Positions 37,320 to 47,557 of a DNA stretch of 53,800 bases are shown piece after piece. Within the stretch, counting starts at the first letter, position 1. The number at the start of each line of letters is the position of its first letter. The notes under the pieces were generated by a model. It was not told the DNA's origin and searched no databases. It saw only the letters and a list, made by a program, of their open reading frames with translations. The stretch comes from Ilumatobacteraceae bacterium. Lineage in GTDB: Bacteria; Actinomycetota; Acidimicrobiia; Acidimicrobiales; Ilumatobacteraceae. The stretch lies in the NCBI GenBank assembly GCA_044353425.1, contig JBILBZ010000001.1:1-53800 (forward strand), written 5' to 3'. Made by a program: the position numbers and the translations under genes.

Positions 37320-37909
37320 TCGGCAGTCTCAGAGGAATAGTGCTGGAACGATTCGTTCCATCGACAGTTCTTCTTGAAGTTGCTGGCGTGGGGTACTTAT
37401 GCAATGTCACGACCGCAACGTTTGGTGAATGTGAACCGACAGTTCCGGTGTTCTTTCACATTCATCAACACATTCGTGAAGATGCGCACACATTGTTTGC
37501 TTTCACCTCGCGTGTTGAAAGAGACACTTTCAACGTATTGATTGCCACACATGGCATTGGCCCATCGATGGCCATGGCAATTCTTTCTACGTATGCGCCA
37601 ACAGCCCTGATTGGCATTGTGGGCTCGGGCGATACTGCAGCTCTCACGGTTGTTCCTGGTGTCGGCAAGAAAACTGCTGAACGCCTCATGGTGGAACTGA
37701 AGTCGCGTTTGAATATTGACGGAATTGTTGGTGGAGACCCTATTGACTCTGTTCAATCAGCTGCCGCAGATGTTCGCGAAGCATTGACTGCGTTGGGGTA
37801 TGGAGCCGAAGAAATTCGCGACACTATGCGTCAATTGAACACTGCCGATGATTCTGAATCAATGTTGCGCGATGCACTGGCTTTGTTGGGGGCACGTCGT
37901 GCGGGATGA
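37316..37909 (+). CDS. ruvA: Holliday junction branch migration complex subunit RuvA
   Basis: Motifs MIGSLRGIV, HhH region [17 protein letters not shown] and [21 protein letters not shown] overlap with ruvC. Confidence 0.95.
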   Translation: MIGSLRGIVLERFVPSTVLLEVAGVGYLCNVTTATFGECEPTVPVFFHIHQHIREDAHTLFAFTSRVERDTFNVLIATHGIGPSMAMAILSTYAPTALIGIVGSGDTAALTVVPGVGKKTAERLMVELKSRLNIDGIVGGDPIDSVQSAAADVREALTALGYGAEEIRDTMRQLNTADDSESMLRDALALLGARRAG

Positions 37910-38891
37910 GTTTTTAGATCCAGAGTTGGCATCAGAACATGAAGTCTCCGATGAAGTCAGTTTGCGACCGCGCGAGCTTGACGAGTTCGTGGGGCAGCGA
38001 GAACTGAAAGAACATCTCGACATTGTTTTGGGCGCTGCAAAACAGCGAGGGCAAGCCGCCGACCATATTTTGCTGGCGGGTCCTCCAGGTCTCGGGAAAA
38101 CAACTATGGCCGGAATTGTCGCTGCAGAAATGGGTGTTGCTTTACACGTAACAAGTGGACCCGCACTCGAACGTGCTGGAGACCTTGCGGCCATCCTCAC
38201 CAAATTGGGTGAAGGCGATGTTTTGTTTATTGATGAAATCCATCGTCTTTCTCGTTCGGTCGAAGAGATTTTGTATCCAGCGATGGAGGATTTCCAGATT
38301 GACATTGTTGTTGGTAAGGGACCTGCTGCTTCTTCGATTCGTTTGACACTGCCTCGTTTCACGCTCATTGGTGCAACTACTCGTACCGGAATGATCACGG
38401 GTCCTTTGCGCGATCGATTCGGTCTTGTTGCTCGACTTGATTACTACGACCATGATGAGTTGGAACTGATTGTGACTCGCGCCGCGCGCATTCTTGATGT
38501 GCCGATTGACGAGGGTGCTTCAGTGCAGATTGCACGGCGAAGCCGAGGAACCCCGCGTATTGCAAACAGACTTCTTCGCCGCGTTCGAGATTTTGCAGAA
38601 GTGCGAAGTGATGGTCGCATCGATAACGACACGGCCACCGAAGCATTGCGGGTCTTTGGCGTCGACAATCTCGGTCTTGACAAAGTGGACCGTGCGATTC
38701 TTCGCAGTTTGTGTGAGCAGTTCGAGGGTGGACCTGTGGGTCTCACTACTTTGGCTATCGCTGTGGGTGAGCAACCTGAAACCGTGGAGGATGTGTATGA
38801 ACCCTTCCTGATTCAGCTTGGACTCATCGCCCGCACCCCGCGAGGTCGAATCGCAATGGATGCCGCACGTACGCACCTTGCGAACCCCTAG
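37899..38891 (+). CDS. ruvB: Holliday junction DNA helicase RuvB
   Basis: Motifs [12 protein letters not shown], Walker [10 protein letters not shown], Walker [10 protein letters not shown] and [16 protein letters not shown]. The start is probably GTG 37899, overlapping the ruvA end. The track ORF begins at 37848. Confidence 0.95.
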   Translation: MRDEFLDPELASEHEVSDEVSLRPRELDEFVGQRELKEHLDIVLGAAKQRGQAADHILLAGPPGLGKTTMAGIVAAEMGVALHVTSGPALERAGDLAAILTKLGEGDVLFIDEIHRLSRSVEEILYPAMEDFQIDIVVGKGPAASSIRLTLPRFTLIGATTRTGMITGPLRDRFGLVARLDYYDHDELELIVTRAARILDVPIDEGASVQIARRSRGTPRIANRLLRRVRDFAEVRSDGRIDNDTATEALRVFGVDNLGLDKVDRAILRSLCEQFEGGPVGLTTLAIAVGEQPETVEDVYEPFLIQLGLIARTPRGRIAMDAARTHLANP

Positions 38892-38900
38892 CCTCATCAC

Positions 38901-39908
38901 GTGGAACTTTCGGACATTGACTACGACCTGCCCGAGGGTCTCATCGCTCAGAAGCCCATTGAACCCAGGGATTCTGCTCGTTTGTTGACGGATGTTGATG
39001 CCGCCGGCATTAGACATCTCTCTGTTGGTGATTTGCATACATTGGTTCGTCCAGGTGATGTCATCGTCGTCAACGACACTCGCGTTCTTCCGGCACGACT
39101 GGCTCTGAATCGAAAGACGGGCGGCGCCGCTGAGGTATTGCTCCTCGAACAACGTTCCCCCGATGGCCGTTTGTGGGAAGCGATGGTGAAGCCTGCGCGT
39201 AAGTTGAAAGAAGGGGAGTTGCTGGAATATTTCGGTAAGCGAGTGGTGCGTATAGGCCCTCGTACCGAGGCGGGTGACACCTTTGTTGTGGAGATCACTG
39301 ATGATGATCCGCTGGCTCTGATTCAACGCATTGGAGCGATGCCGTTACCTCCGTACATACGGGGTTCCCTGAAAGACAACGAGCGATATCAGACTGTGTA
39401 TTCCCGTCGTGCTGCAAGTGCAGCTGCCCCGACTGCTGGCCTGCACTTCACGCCGGAGTTGATGCAAAAGGTGCAAGATGCCGGAGCACGAATTGAACGA
39501 GTTGAACTCATCGTTGGTCTTGATACGTTCAAGCCGATTTCGACAGATAATCCACTCGATCATGTGATTCATTCTGAGTACTTTCATGTTGAACCATCAG
39601 TGCTGCAGGCGTGCAAGGAAGCCGAGCGCGTGATCGCGATAGGTACGACTGCCACACGAGCTCTTGAATCATCTGAAACCTTCGGTGAAGAGTCAGGTCG
39701 AACATCGCTATTCATTACTCCGGGATACGAATGGAAAATCGTGGACACAATGCTGACGAATTTCCATATGCCCAAGACTTCGCTGTTATTGATGATCGAA
39801 TCATTTGTCGGGCGACGTTGGCGAGATTTGTATGCAGAAGCAATCGAAGAGAAGTATCGCTTCTTGTCGTTTGGTGATGCAATGTTGATTGATCGATGGA
39901 AGAAGTAG
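38901..39908 (+). CDS. queA: S-adenosylmethionine:tRNA ribosyltransferase-isomerase
   Basis: Motifs YDLPEGLIAQKPIEPRDSARLL, MPLPPYI, TAGLHFT and TNFHMPKTSLLLMI. Confidence 0.93.
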   Translation: MELSDIDYDLPEGLIAQKPIEPRDSARLLTDVDAAGIRHLSVGDLHTLVRPGDVIVVNDTRVLPARLALNRKTGGAAEVLLLEQRSPDGRLWEAMVKPARKLKEGELLEYFGKRVVRIGPRTEAGDTFVVEITDDDPLALIQRIGAMPLPPYIRGSLKDNERYQTVYSRRAASAAAPTAGLHFTPELMQKVQDAGARIERVELIVGLDTFKPISTDNPLDHVIHSEYFHVEPSVLQACKEAERVIAIGTTATRALESSETFGEESGRTSLFITPGYEWKIVDTMLTNFHMPKTSLLLMIESFVGRRWRDLYAEAIEEKYRFLSFGDAMLIDRWKK

Positions 39909-39914
39909 CGACTG

Positions 39915-41012
39915 ATGTTTAAGGTGAAGCTCAATATCAGTGCACGTGATGGCGATGCTCGTGTCGGAACTGCAACAACTCATCGCGGCACGTATGACAC
40001 TCCACTGTTTATGCCAGTGGGCACCCGTGGCGCGATCAAGTATCTCAGTGCACGCGACTATGGAGAACTCGGCGCTCAGATCGTTTTGGGTAATACGTAT
40101 CACCTCATGCTTCGTCCTGGTGCGGATCTCATTGAGAAGTTTGGTGGGCTCGGTTCATTTGCAGGGTGGAAAGGACTAACGCTCACTGACTCAGGTGGAT
40201 TTCAAGTGTTCTCTCTTGATCCTAAAGTCGATGACGATGGTGTGACTTTCAAGTCCACATATGACGGTTCGTATCATCGCTTTACGCCGGAGATTGCTGT
40301 CGATGTTCAGCAGAAGTTGGGCGCAGACATACAGATGGTTCTTGACGTGTGTACGTCTCTGCCGGCGGAACCGAGCGTGGTTCGTCTTGCATTGGAACGA
40401 ACTGCTGAATGGGCCAAGCGCGCAAAAGCTGCACACACTCGACCTGACCAATCTTTATTCGGAATTGTGCAAGGAGGAACCGATGCTGCGATGCGCGCTG
40501 AGAGTGCTCGTCGCACGGTGGAGATTGGGTTTGATGGATATGCCATTGGTGGCTTATCGGTCGGAGAGTCTCGAGCAGAGATGGTTGATGCCATCGGTGC
40601 CTGCATTGGTGAACTTCCCGATGAACAGCCCCGCTATCTCATGGGCGTGGGCGATCCTGCATCTTTAGTGGAAGCGGTTGCTCTTGGTGTTGACCAGTTT
40701 GACTGTGTACTCCAAACTCGACTCGGACGTCATGGTGCGGCTTTGACATCTCAGGGCCGCCTTCAGATCAAGAATGCCAAGTTCGCTGAATCTGATGAGC
40801 CACTCGATCCGACATGTTCTTGTTGGGTGTGCCAGTCCCATACGCGTGGTTATCTGCGTCATTTAACTCAAGTGGGTGAGCCCAGCGCTGCTCGTTTGGT
40901 CTCCGTGCACAATGTGGCCTGGACCATCAACTTCATGGCAGAAATGCGTGAGTCCGTCACGAACGGAACCTTTTCGCGCTTTCGAGCCTCTGTTTTGGAT
41001 CTTTGGGGCTAG
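39915..41012 (+). CDS. tgt: tRNA-guanine(34) transglycosylase
   Basis: Motifs TPLFMPVGTRGAIK, LTDSGGFQVFSL, GLSVGE and the zinc site CSCWVCQSHTRGYLRHL. Confidence 0.95.
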   Translation: MFKVKLNISARDGDARVGTATTHRGTYDTPLFMPVGTRGAIKYLSARDYGELGAQIVLGNTYHLMLRPGADLIEKFGGLGSFAGWKGLTLTDSGGFQVFSLDPKVDDDGVTFKSTYDGSYHRFTPEIAVDVQQKLGADIQMVLDVCTSLPAEPSVVRLALERTAEWAKRAKAAHTRPDQSLFGIVQGGTDAAMRAESARRTVEIGFDGYAIGGLSVGESRAEMVDAIGACIGELPDEQPRYLMGVGDPASLVEAVALGVDQFDCVLQTRLGRHGAALTSQGRLQIKNAKFAESDEPLDPTCSCWVCQSHTRGYLRHLTQVGEPSAARLVSVHNVAWTINFMAEMRESVTNGTFSRFRASVLDLWG

Positions 41013-41055
41013 TTCTTCGGACTCAATAGCCCTCTCAGGGCTAGGATTTATTTTC

Positions 41056-41406
41056 GTGAATTCAATTCTTCTCGCCGCCGAAGCAGCAAAAGGCAACAGT
41101 AACTCTCCCGTCGGAATCATCGTTGTGTATGCGGTGCTCTTTGCTGGAATGTATTTCGTCATCATTCGTCCTCGCAGCCGTCGTAACAAGCAGGCAGCTG
41201 CACTTGTTGCTTCTACGGCAGTAGGCGATGAAGTCGTTTTGACGTCGGGCATCTATGGCTTTGTCAGTGCAATCGAAGATGACATCTTGTGGGTCGACAT
41301 TGCTGATGGTCACGCTTCAGAGCGCATCGAAGTTCGTGTGAGCCGTACTGCAGTCGCTCGTAAAATTGTGGCGGCTGGCGAAGCCGACGATTCTGCAAAG
41401 CAGTAA
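41056..41406 (+). CDS. yajC: Preprotein translocase subunit YajC
   Basis: A single TM segment followed by YFVIIRPRSRRNKQ and VGDEVVLTSGIYGFV. GTG 41056 is chosen because the track ORF's 5' extension overlaps tgt. Confidence 0.85.
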   Translation: MNSILLAAEAAKGNSNSPVGIIVVYAVLFAGMYFVIIRPRSRRNKQAAALVASTAVGDEVVLTSGIYGFVSAIEDDILWVDIADGHASERIEVRVSRTAVARKIVAAGEADDSAKQ

Positions 41407-41409
41407 AGC

Positions 41410-42918
41410 ATGCCGAAGCGCAATCTTCTTGTCTCTTTAATTTCGATTCTCGTTGTCGCTTCGGGTCTTTTTCTTGGCAATACCATCGCAGGAAACTCGC
41501 CATCTCTTGGCTTAGACCTCCAAGGTGGAGCATCGGTCACGATGACGCCCATTGGCGAGTATGAAGAAGCTGCACTTTCGGTGGCTGTCGACATTATTCG
41601 CCAACGTGTAGACGCCATCGGCGTTGCAGAACCAGAAATCATTCGCCAAGGCGACACAGTTGTTGTCAACCTTCCTGGCGTCAAAGATCAACAACAGGCC
41701 CTCGACCTGATTGGTCGAACTGGCGCCGTTGAGATGCGTCCAGTTCTCAGGACCGCAGAGAACCCAGAAAACACCACGACGACGACAGTCGCAAAGGGTG
41801 CGACCACCACCACAGTGAAGGGCGTAACCACAACTTTGGCGCCACCATCTGGTGGAGGTGGCGAGTCGCGCGGACGCGCGGTGCCACAAACAACAGTTCC
41901 CGTTGCAACCACAGTTCCTGGAACAGATCCTGTAACGGGACTTGCTCCTGGTCAGACTGTCTATGCAGGTCAGAAAGATGGTTTGATTTACCTTCTCGGT
42001 CCCGCTGGCGCAACTGGCGAAGTATTCACGAATGAAGCATCTGCTCAGATTGATGCGGGTGGATGGGCTGTGTCGGTCAACTTGCGTGATGGCGCTGCTG
42101 GTGAAGACCTGTGGAATGCTCTGGCTAAGAAGTGCTTTGAAGGCGGCGAAGACTGCCCGTCAAAACAAATCGCAATCAGCCTTGACGGTGAAGTGATTTC
42201 TGCTCCTGTGGTGCAGGCAGCTTCGTTCAATGGAAGTGTTCAAATCACCGGCTCTTTCTCGGAGAAGGAAGCCACAGATCTTGCCCGCATCCTTCAGTTT
42301 GGTGCGGTACCCGTCAAGTTCGACACGCCAACTGTGCAGACAGTGTCGGCATCGTTGGGTGAGGATTCCTTGAAAGCCGCTTTGATCTCTGGACTCATCG
42401 GTGTGCTCTTGGTTCTGTTGTTCCTGATCTTCTATTACCGCCTTATCGCCCTCGTGGTTGTCGCTGGGCTCGGCGTTTCTGGTCTTCTTATGTGGAGTGT
42501 GATCTCCTGGTTGTCGAAGACAAATGGCCTTGCTCTCACACTGTCCGGTGCAGCCGGAATCATCGTGTCGATTGGTGTCACCGTCGACTCCTATGTGGTG
42601 TTCTTTGAGAAGTTGAAAGATGATGTTCAAGCAGGTCGCACGATGCGCAACTCTGCAGCGCGTGGTTTTGATTCAGCATGGCGAGCCATCGTTGTTGCAG
42701 ACACTGCATCACTCATTGGTGCAGGTGTGTTGTGGTGGCTCACCGTTGGTTCGGTGCGTGGATTCGCCTTCTTCCTCGGCTTGTCAACATTGATTGACAT
42801 GATCGTGTCGTACTTCTTTACTCGTCCCTCAGTTCTTCTTCTTGCTCGAACAAAGTTGTTCAATAATGGAAAAGTTCTGGGAGTCAGACGCTCATCAACG
42901 GCAGTGGAGGTCGCATAA
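41410..42918 (+). CDS. secD: Protein translocase subunit SecD (with a Thr/Gly-rich insertion in the periplasmic domain)
   Basis: Motifs LGLDLQGGASV, RQRVDAIGVAEPEI and the C-terminal SecD/F TM bundle (GIIVSIGVTVDSYVVFFE). Confidence 0.93.
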   Translation: MPKRNLLVSLISILVVASGLFLGNTIAGNSPSLGLDLQGGASVTMTPIGEYEEAALSVAVDIIRQRVDAIGVAEPEIIRQGDTVVVNLPGVKDQQQALDLIGRTGAVEMRPVLRTAENPENTTTTTVAKGATTTTVKGVTTTLAPPSGGGGESRGRAVPQTTVPVATTVPGTDPVTGLAPGQTVYAGQKDGLIYLLGPAGATGEVFTNEASAQIDAGGWAVSVNLRDGAAGEDLWNALAKKCFEGGEDCPSKQIAISLDGEVISAPVVQAASFNGSVQITGSFSEKEATDLARILQFGAVPVKFDTPTVQTVSASLGEDSLKAALISGLIGVLLVLLFLIFYYRLIALVVVAGLGVSGLLMWSVISWLSKTNGLALTLSGAAGIIVSIGVTVDSYVVFFEKLKDDVQAGRTMRNSAARGFDSAWRAIVVADTASLIGAGVLWWLTVGSVRGFAFFLGLSTLIDMIVSYFFTRPSVLLLARTKLFNNGKVLGVRRSSTAVEVA

Positions 42919-44039
42919 TGTCTGGTCGTTGGCAGCGTCTCTATCGCGGTGAGACCACGATTAACTTTTATGGCCGTCGCAATATTGGGTTTATTGCATC
43001 TGGTCTGCTTCTGCTCGTCACCATTGTCTCGTTGTTTGCACAAGGGCTCAACCTTGGCATCGACTTCAAGGGAGGCGTGGCATTTGAGATGCCGGTGAAT
43101 GGGAAGATCACTGTCGATCAAGCTCGTACCATTCTCGAGGAGAACAAGGTTGAGGCATCAGGTGTCAAAATTCAGACATTGAGTTCTGGCGCTGATGAGC
43201 GAATCCGTATCCAGCTTGAGGTTCTTGACACAAATGTCGAAAAGTCACTTCAGGAAGACCTAGCGAAAAAAGTTGGAATCCCCGTCGCGGATGTCAACAT
43301 CGAAAAAGTCAGTGCAACCTGGGGCCGGGGAATCACACGAGATGCCATTCAGGCTCTTCTGACATTCTTGGTCCTAGTTTCCTTGTTTATCGCCTGGCGA
43401 TTTGAAGCTCGTATGGCTGCAGGTGCTCTCGCTGCTGTTGTGCACGACGTTCTGATCAGTGTTGGCGTGTATTCGGTAACAGGCCTTGAGGTCACACCAG
43501 CGACAGTGGTTGCATTCCTCACCATTCTTGGCTTTTCGTTGTATGACACCATTGTTGTGTTCGACAAAGTGGATGAAAATCAGAAGCGCTTTGCAAATTC
43601 TCGTGTTCCGTATGCAGACATTGTCAATGTCTCAATGAACCAGACATTGATGCGTTCCTTGAATACGACTATTGCCGCTGTTCTTCCTGTTCTCAGTCTT
43701 TTGGTGCTTGGCTCCGGTGTCTTTGGCGCGGTGGCATTGCAAGAATTCGCATTGGCATTGCTTGTCGGTATGGCAACTGGTGCGTACTCTTCCATCTTCA
43801 TCGCATCTCCCGTCTTGGGCTTGTTGAAAGAACGCAGTCGTGAATATCTCCCCATGAAGGGACAAGTGTCCGTGGGTGTTGAGATGGCTCACGTGATGGC
43901 CACAGGTGCTCCGCAGAGTCGTCGTTCTCGTCAGATCGAGAGCGAAACAGCCGCAGATGCCTCGCCTTCGACTCCGGTCACCGCGGTAGAGGCAATTCTT
44001 AGTCACCCGCCACGACCTCGGAAGAAGTCACGTCGGTAA
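42918..44039 (+). CDS. secF: Protein translocase subunit SecF
   Basis: Motifs LGIDFKGG and the TM bundle with FLTILGFSLYDTIVVFDKV. There is a 1-nt overlap with secD. Confidence 0.93.
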   Translation: MSGRWQRLYRGETTINFYGRRNIGFIASGLLLLVTIVSLFAQGLNLGIDFKGGVAFEMPVNGKITVDQARTILEENKVEASGVKIQTLSSGADERIRIQLEVLDTNVEKSLQEDLAKKVGIPVADVNIEKVSATWGRGITRDAIQALLTFLVLVSLFIAWRFEARMAAGALAAVVHDVLISVGVYSVTGLEVTPATVVAFLTILGFSLYDTIVVFDKVDENQKRFANSRVPYADIVNVSMNQTLMRSLNTTIAAVLPVLSLLVLGSGVFGAVALQEFALALLVGMATGAYSSIFIASPVLGLLKERSREYLPMKGQVSVGVEMAHVMATGAPQSRRSRQIESETAADASPSTPVTAVEAILSHPPRPRKKSRR

Positions 44040-44048
44040 CATCTCGTT

Positions 44049-46268
44049 ATGGCCACTGCCGACCGCGTCCTTCCCTGGAGACGGCACCATAGTGCGCCCA
44101 TTGAGGAAATTGCTCCTCTCTTAACGGCGTATCGCAAGCGTCATCCAAAGGCATCAGTGGCCTTGGTAAACCGCGCATATGAAGCGGCTCGTATCGCGCA
44201 CATCTCTCAGCAGCGTTCCTCTGGAGAGGCCTACATCAATCATCCGATTGCTGTTGCTCGCATTGTTGCCGACATTGGGTTGGATGACATTTCACTCGCG
44301 GCAGCACTTTTGCATGATGCGGTGGAAGACACAGAGATCACGCTCGAAGATGTTCAGCGCAACTTCGGCGAAGAAGTTGCAAACTTGGTTGATGGCGTCA
44401 CCAAGTTAGAACGTCTCCAATTCGATTCGCGAGAAGCACAGCAGGCCGCCACGATGCGCAAGATGCTTGTTGCGATGGCACGGGATATGCGTGTGTTGGT
44501 CATCAAGTTGGCAGACCGACTGCACAACATGCGCACGTTGGCCGGTGTGCCTGTCGATAAGCAGCAACGCATTGCCCAAGAAACCCTCGATATCTATGCA
44601 CCTCTTGCGAATCGCTTGGGAATGCAGGAGATTAAACAGCAGCTCGAGGACCTTTCGTTCTCGGCGTTGTATCCAAAGCGGTTTGCCGAATTAGATCATC
44701 TGGTTTCCTCACGTACTCCGGAGCGTGACGTGTATTTGGCTAAGGCGATAACAGAGGTACGTGCTCGACTTGCTGATGTGAACATCAGTGGTGAGGTGAC
44801 GGGCCGCGGAAAGCATCTGTGGAGCATCTACGAAAAGATGATCCAAAAGGACAAAGACTTTGATGAGATCTTTGACCTTGTGGCTGTGCGAATCATTGTT
44901 GACAATATTCGTGATTGTTATGGCGCCCTGGGTTGTATCCATGGCAAGTGGCGTCCAGTTGTCGGCCGTTTCAAGGATTACATCGCAATGCCGAAGTACA
45001 ACTTGTATCAGTCATTGCACACAACCGTGATTGGCCCTGCTGGTAAACCTCTCGAGATACAGATTCGTACTCGAGAGATGCATGAACGTGCTGAGTGGGG
45101 TGTTGCTGCTCACTTCTCGTACAAGCAAGGCACTGACTCAAATGATTCTGACTGGTTGAATCGCATCATTGACTGGCAGTCAGACATCACTGACCCCAAT
45201 GAATTCATGGCCGACCTCAAGAGCGATCTCGAACAAGAAGAAGTTTTTGTATTCACGCCAAAGGGTCGCGTGATCACGTTGCCACTGAATTCAACACCTG
45301 TTGACTTTGCGTATGCCGTCCACACAGAGGTGGGTCACGCGTGTGTAGGCGCGCGTGTTAACGGTCGACTTGTTTCTCTCGATGCACGACTTGCCTCGGG
45401 GGACTCATGTGAGATTTTTACTTCCAAGGTGGAAGACGCTGGTCCATCGAGAGACTGGCTTGGATTCGTTCAATCTCCACGAGCTCGAACGAAGATCAAG
45501 AATTGGTTCACACGCGAACGTCGAGAAGACATGGTCGAGTCGGGCCGTGAGGAACTCACTGCTGAACTTCGTCGTGAAGGTCTTCCCGTGCAGCGCATCT
45601 GGACATCAGATGCATTCCTCCAGGAACTAGAAGCGCTGAACATGGCTGACATTGACACATTGTTTGCCGCAATCGGAGAACATCATGTGTCTGCTCGTGG
45701 TTTCGCCCAACGAATTGGTCGTGCAGTTCGACGTGAAGGTAGTGACGAACAGCTAGCGATGCCGATGCGTGTTGATCGTCCAACGACCGATCGACGCGGT
45801 TCGGCAGGAATTCATGTCGAAGGCCTGGAAGATGTATTAGTCCGTTTGTCTCGTTGTTGTACCCCGGTGCCTGGAGATGACATCTTGGGGTTCGTGACGA
45901 AGGGCAGGGGAGTCAGTGTTCACCGCTCTGACTGCGCCAATGCAGTCACCTTGATGGTGGATGAGCCCACACGAATGATCGATGTGGAGTGGTCAAGAAC
46001 AACACCCGGAACTTTGTTTACGGCAGGTGTCGAAGTGGTGGCTCTCGACCGTGGTCGACTCCTACGAGATGTGGCCAATGCGTTGTCTGAACAACACGTC
46101 AACATTGTCGCCTGCAGTACGAATACAGGCTCAGACAGGGTTGCCAAGATGCGCTTTGAATTCGAACTTGCTGACCCAAATCATCTTGAGTCTGTCCTGA
46201 GGGTGATTAAGTCCATTGATTCGGTCTTCGACGCATATCGCATCGTCCCTGGTGGTGCGCCCGACTAG
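44049..46268 (+). CDS. relA: Bifunctional (p)ppGpp synthetase/hydrolase Rel
   Basis: HD hydrolase domain (HPIAVARIV, LLHDAVEDT), synthetase domain (RGKHLWSIYEKM, YQSLHTTV), and TGS and ACT domains. Length is 739 aa. Confidence 0.96.
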   Translation: MATADRVLPWRRHHSAPIEEIAPLLTAYRKRHPKASVALVNRAYEAARIAHISQQRSSGEAYINHPIAVARIVADIGLDDISLAAALLHDAVEDTEITLEDVQRNFGEEVANLVDGVTKLERLQFDSREAQQAATMRKMLVAMARDMRVLVIKLADRLHNMRTLAGVPVDKQQRIAQETLDIYAPLANRLGMQEIKQQLEDLSFSALYPKRFAELDHLVSSRTPERDVYLAKAITEVRARLADVNISGEVTGRGKHLWSIYEKMIQKDKDFDEIFDLVAVRIIVDNIRDCYGALGCIHGKWRPVVGRFKDYIAMPKYNLYQSLHTTVIGPAGKPLEIQIRTREMHERAEWGVAAHFSYKQGTDSNDSDWLNRIIDWQSDITDPNEFMADLKSDLEQEEVFVFTPKGRVITLPLNSTPVDFAYAVHTEVGHACVGARVNGRLVSLDARLASGDSCEIFTSKVEDAGPSRDWLGFVQSPRARTKIKNWFTRERREDMVESGREELTAELRREGLPVQRIWTSDAFLQELEALNMADIDTLFAAIGEHHVSARGFAQRIGRAVRREGSDEQLAMPMRVDRPTTDRRGSAGIHVEGLEDVLVRLSRCCTPVPGDDILGFVTKGRGVSVHRSDCANAVTLMVDEPTRMIDVEWSRTTPGTLFTAGVEVVALDRGRLLRDVANALSEQHVNIVACSTNTGSDRVAKMRFEFELADPNHLESVLRVIKSIDSVFDAYRIVPGGAPD

Positions 46269-46270
46269 CC

Positions 46271-47557
46271 TTGCCTGTCGTGCCGTCATTCCAGACCAGT
46301 CCGGGTACCCGAGACATCCTTCCTCCCCAGGCGGGACGCTGGCGTGCCTTTACGAGCCAGTTCGCAGACATTGTTGAGTCCGCCGGCTACGAATGCATTA
46401 TTCCGCCGATGTTTGAGGATCTTGGTGTTTTTCTACGCCTGGGCGATGCCACCGATGTCGTGACAAAAGAGATGTACGACTTCGAGGACAAAGGTGGGCG
46501 ACGAGTCGCCCTGCGTCCTGAACACACTGCCGGTATCTGTCGTTCTTTCGCGCAGCATCGTCCCACTACGCCGTGGAAGGTGTGGTACTCGGGTTCTAAT
46601 TTTCGATATGAGAAAGCCCAAGCTGGACGTTTCCGTCAGTTTGACCAAGTAGGTATCGAAGTCTTGGGTAGCACTGACCCATTGCTTGATGTCGAGGTCA
46701 TTGCGATGGGGTGGCAGTTCTTCCAGTCGCTTGGTTTGCGCAACGTTGTCCTCATGATCAACTCCTTGGGTGATCCTTCGGATAGAGCTTCATACATCGA
46801 AGCGTTGCGCTTGTATCTGGAATCGCATTCTGAAAAATTGTCTGAGGAATCATGCGCAACTTTGCAGCGCAATCCACTTCGTGTACTTGATTCCAAAAGA
46901 GCTCAGGACAAGCCGATTATTGCTGGTGCTCCGACTATTTCGCAGTTCTTGTCGGATGAGGCCAAGAGTCATTTCGCATCTGTGAAAGCCGGCCTCGATG
47001 TCTTGGGAGTCACATACTCAATTAACGAGGGCTTGGTCCGTGGGTTGGACTATTACCAACGCACAGTATTTGAATATGTCTCTGCATCGCTCGACAGTGC
47101 GCAGACAGCAGTAGGTGGTGGAGGTCGTTACGACGGACTTGTCGAAGACCTTGGTGGTCCTGCAACGCCTGGCGTGGGTTTTGCGCTTGGTATCGACCGC
47201 ACCTTATTGGCCTGCGATAGCGAAGAGGTTTTTCAGCTTGGCTCACCCCAGATTGACGCGTTCATCGTGGATGTCGTTGACGGAATGACAGCCCTTCGTT
47301 TATCTGATGAATTGCGTGCTGCAGGCTTCACCGCCGACCGCTCATATGACGGTCGAAGCATGAAATCACAGATGAAAGTTGCTGATCGAAGCGGTGCCCG
47401 TGTGGCGATCATCATCGGGCCAGATGAGGCTGAGGCGGGGAACTGCACCGTCCGTAACCTAATGACCTCAGAACAAAGCCTTGTTTTGCAAACTGAAGTG
47501 GTCACACATCTCGCGTCCATCGTTGGTGAACGTAACCCCCGGAGGAACACACAATGA
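46271..47557 (+). CDS. hisS: Histidine--tRNA ligase
   Basis: Motifs PGTRDILP, LRPEHTAG, FRYEKAQAGRFRQFDQ and GGGRYDGL. The start is TTG 46271 or GTG 46280. Confidence 0.95.
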   Translation: MPVVPSFQTSPGTRDILPPQAGRWRAFTSQFADIVESAGYECIIPPMFEDLGVFLRLGDATDVVTKEMYDFEDKGGRRVALRPEHTAGICRSFAQHRPTTPWKVWYSGSNFRYEKAQAGRFRQFDQVGIEVLGSTDPLLDVEVIAMGWQFFQSLGLRNVVLMINSLGDPSDRASYIEALRLYLESHSEKLSEESCATLQRNPLRVLDSKRAQDKPIIAGAPTISQFLSDEAKSHFASVKAGLDVLGVTYSINEGLVRGLDYYQRTVFEYVSASLDSAQTAVGGGGRYDGLVEDLGGPATPGVGFALGIDRTLLACDSEEVFQLGSPQIDAFIVDVVDGMTALRLSDELRAAGFTADRSYDGRSMKSQMKVADRSGARVAIIIGPDEAEAGNCTVRNLMTSEQSLVLQTEVVTHLASIVGERNPRRNTQ

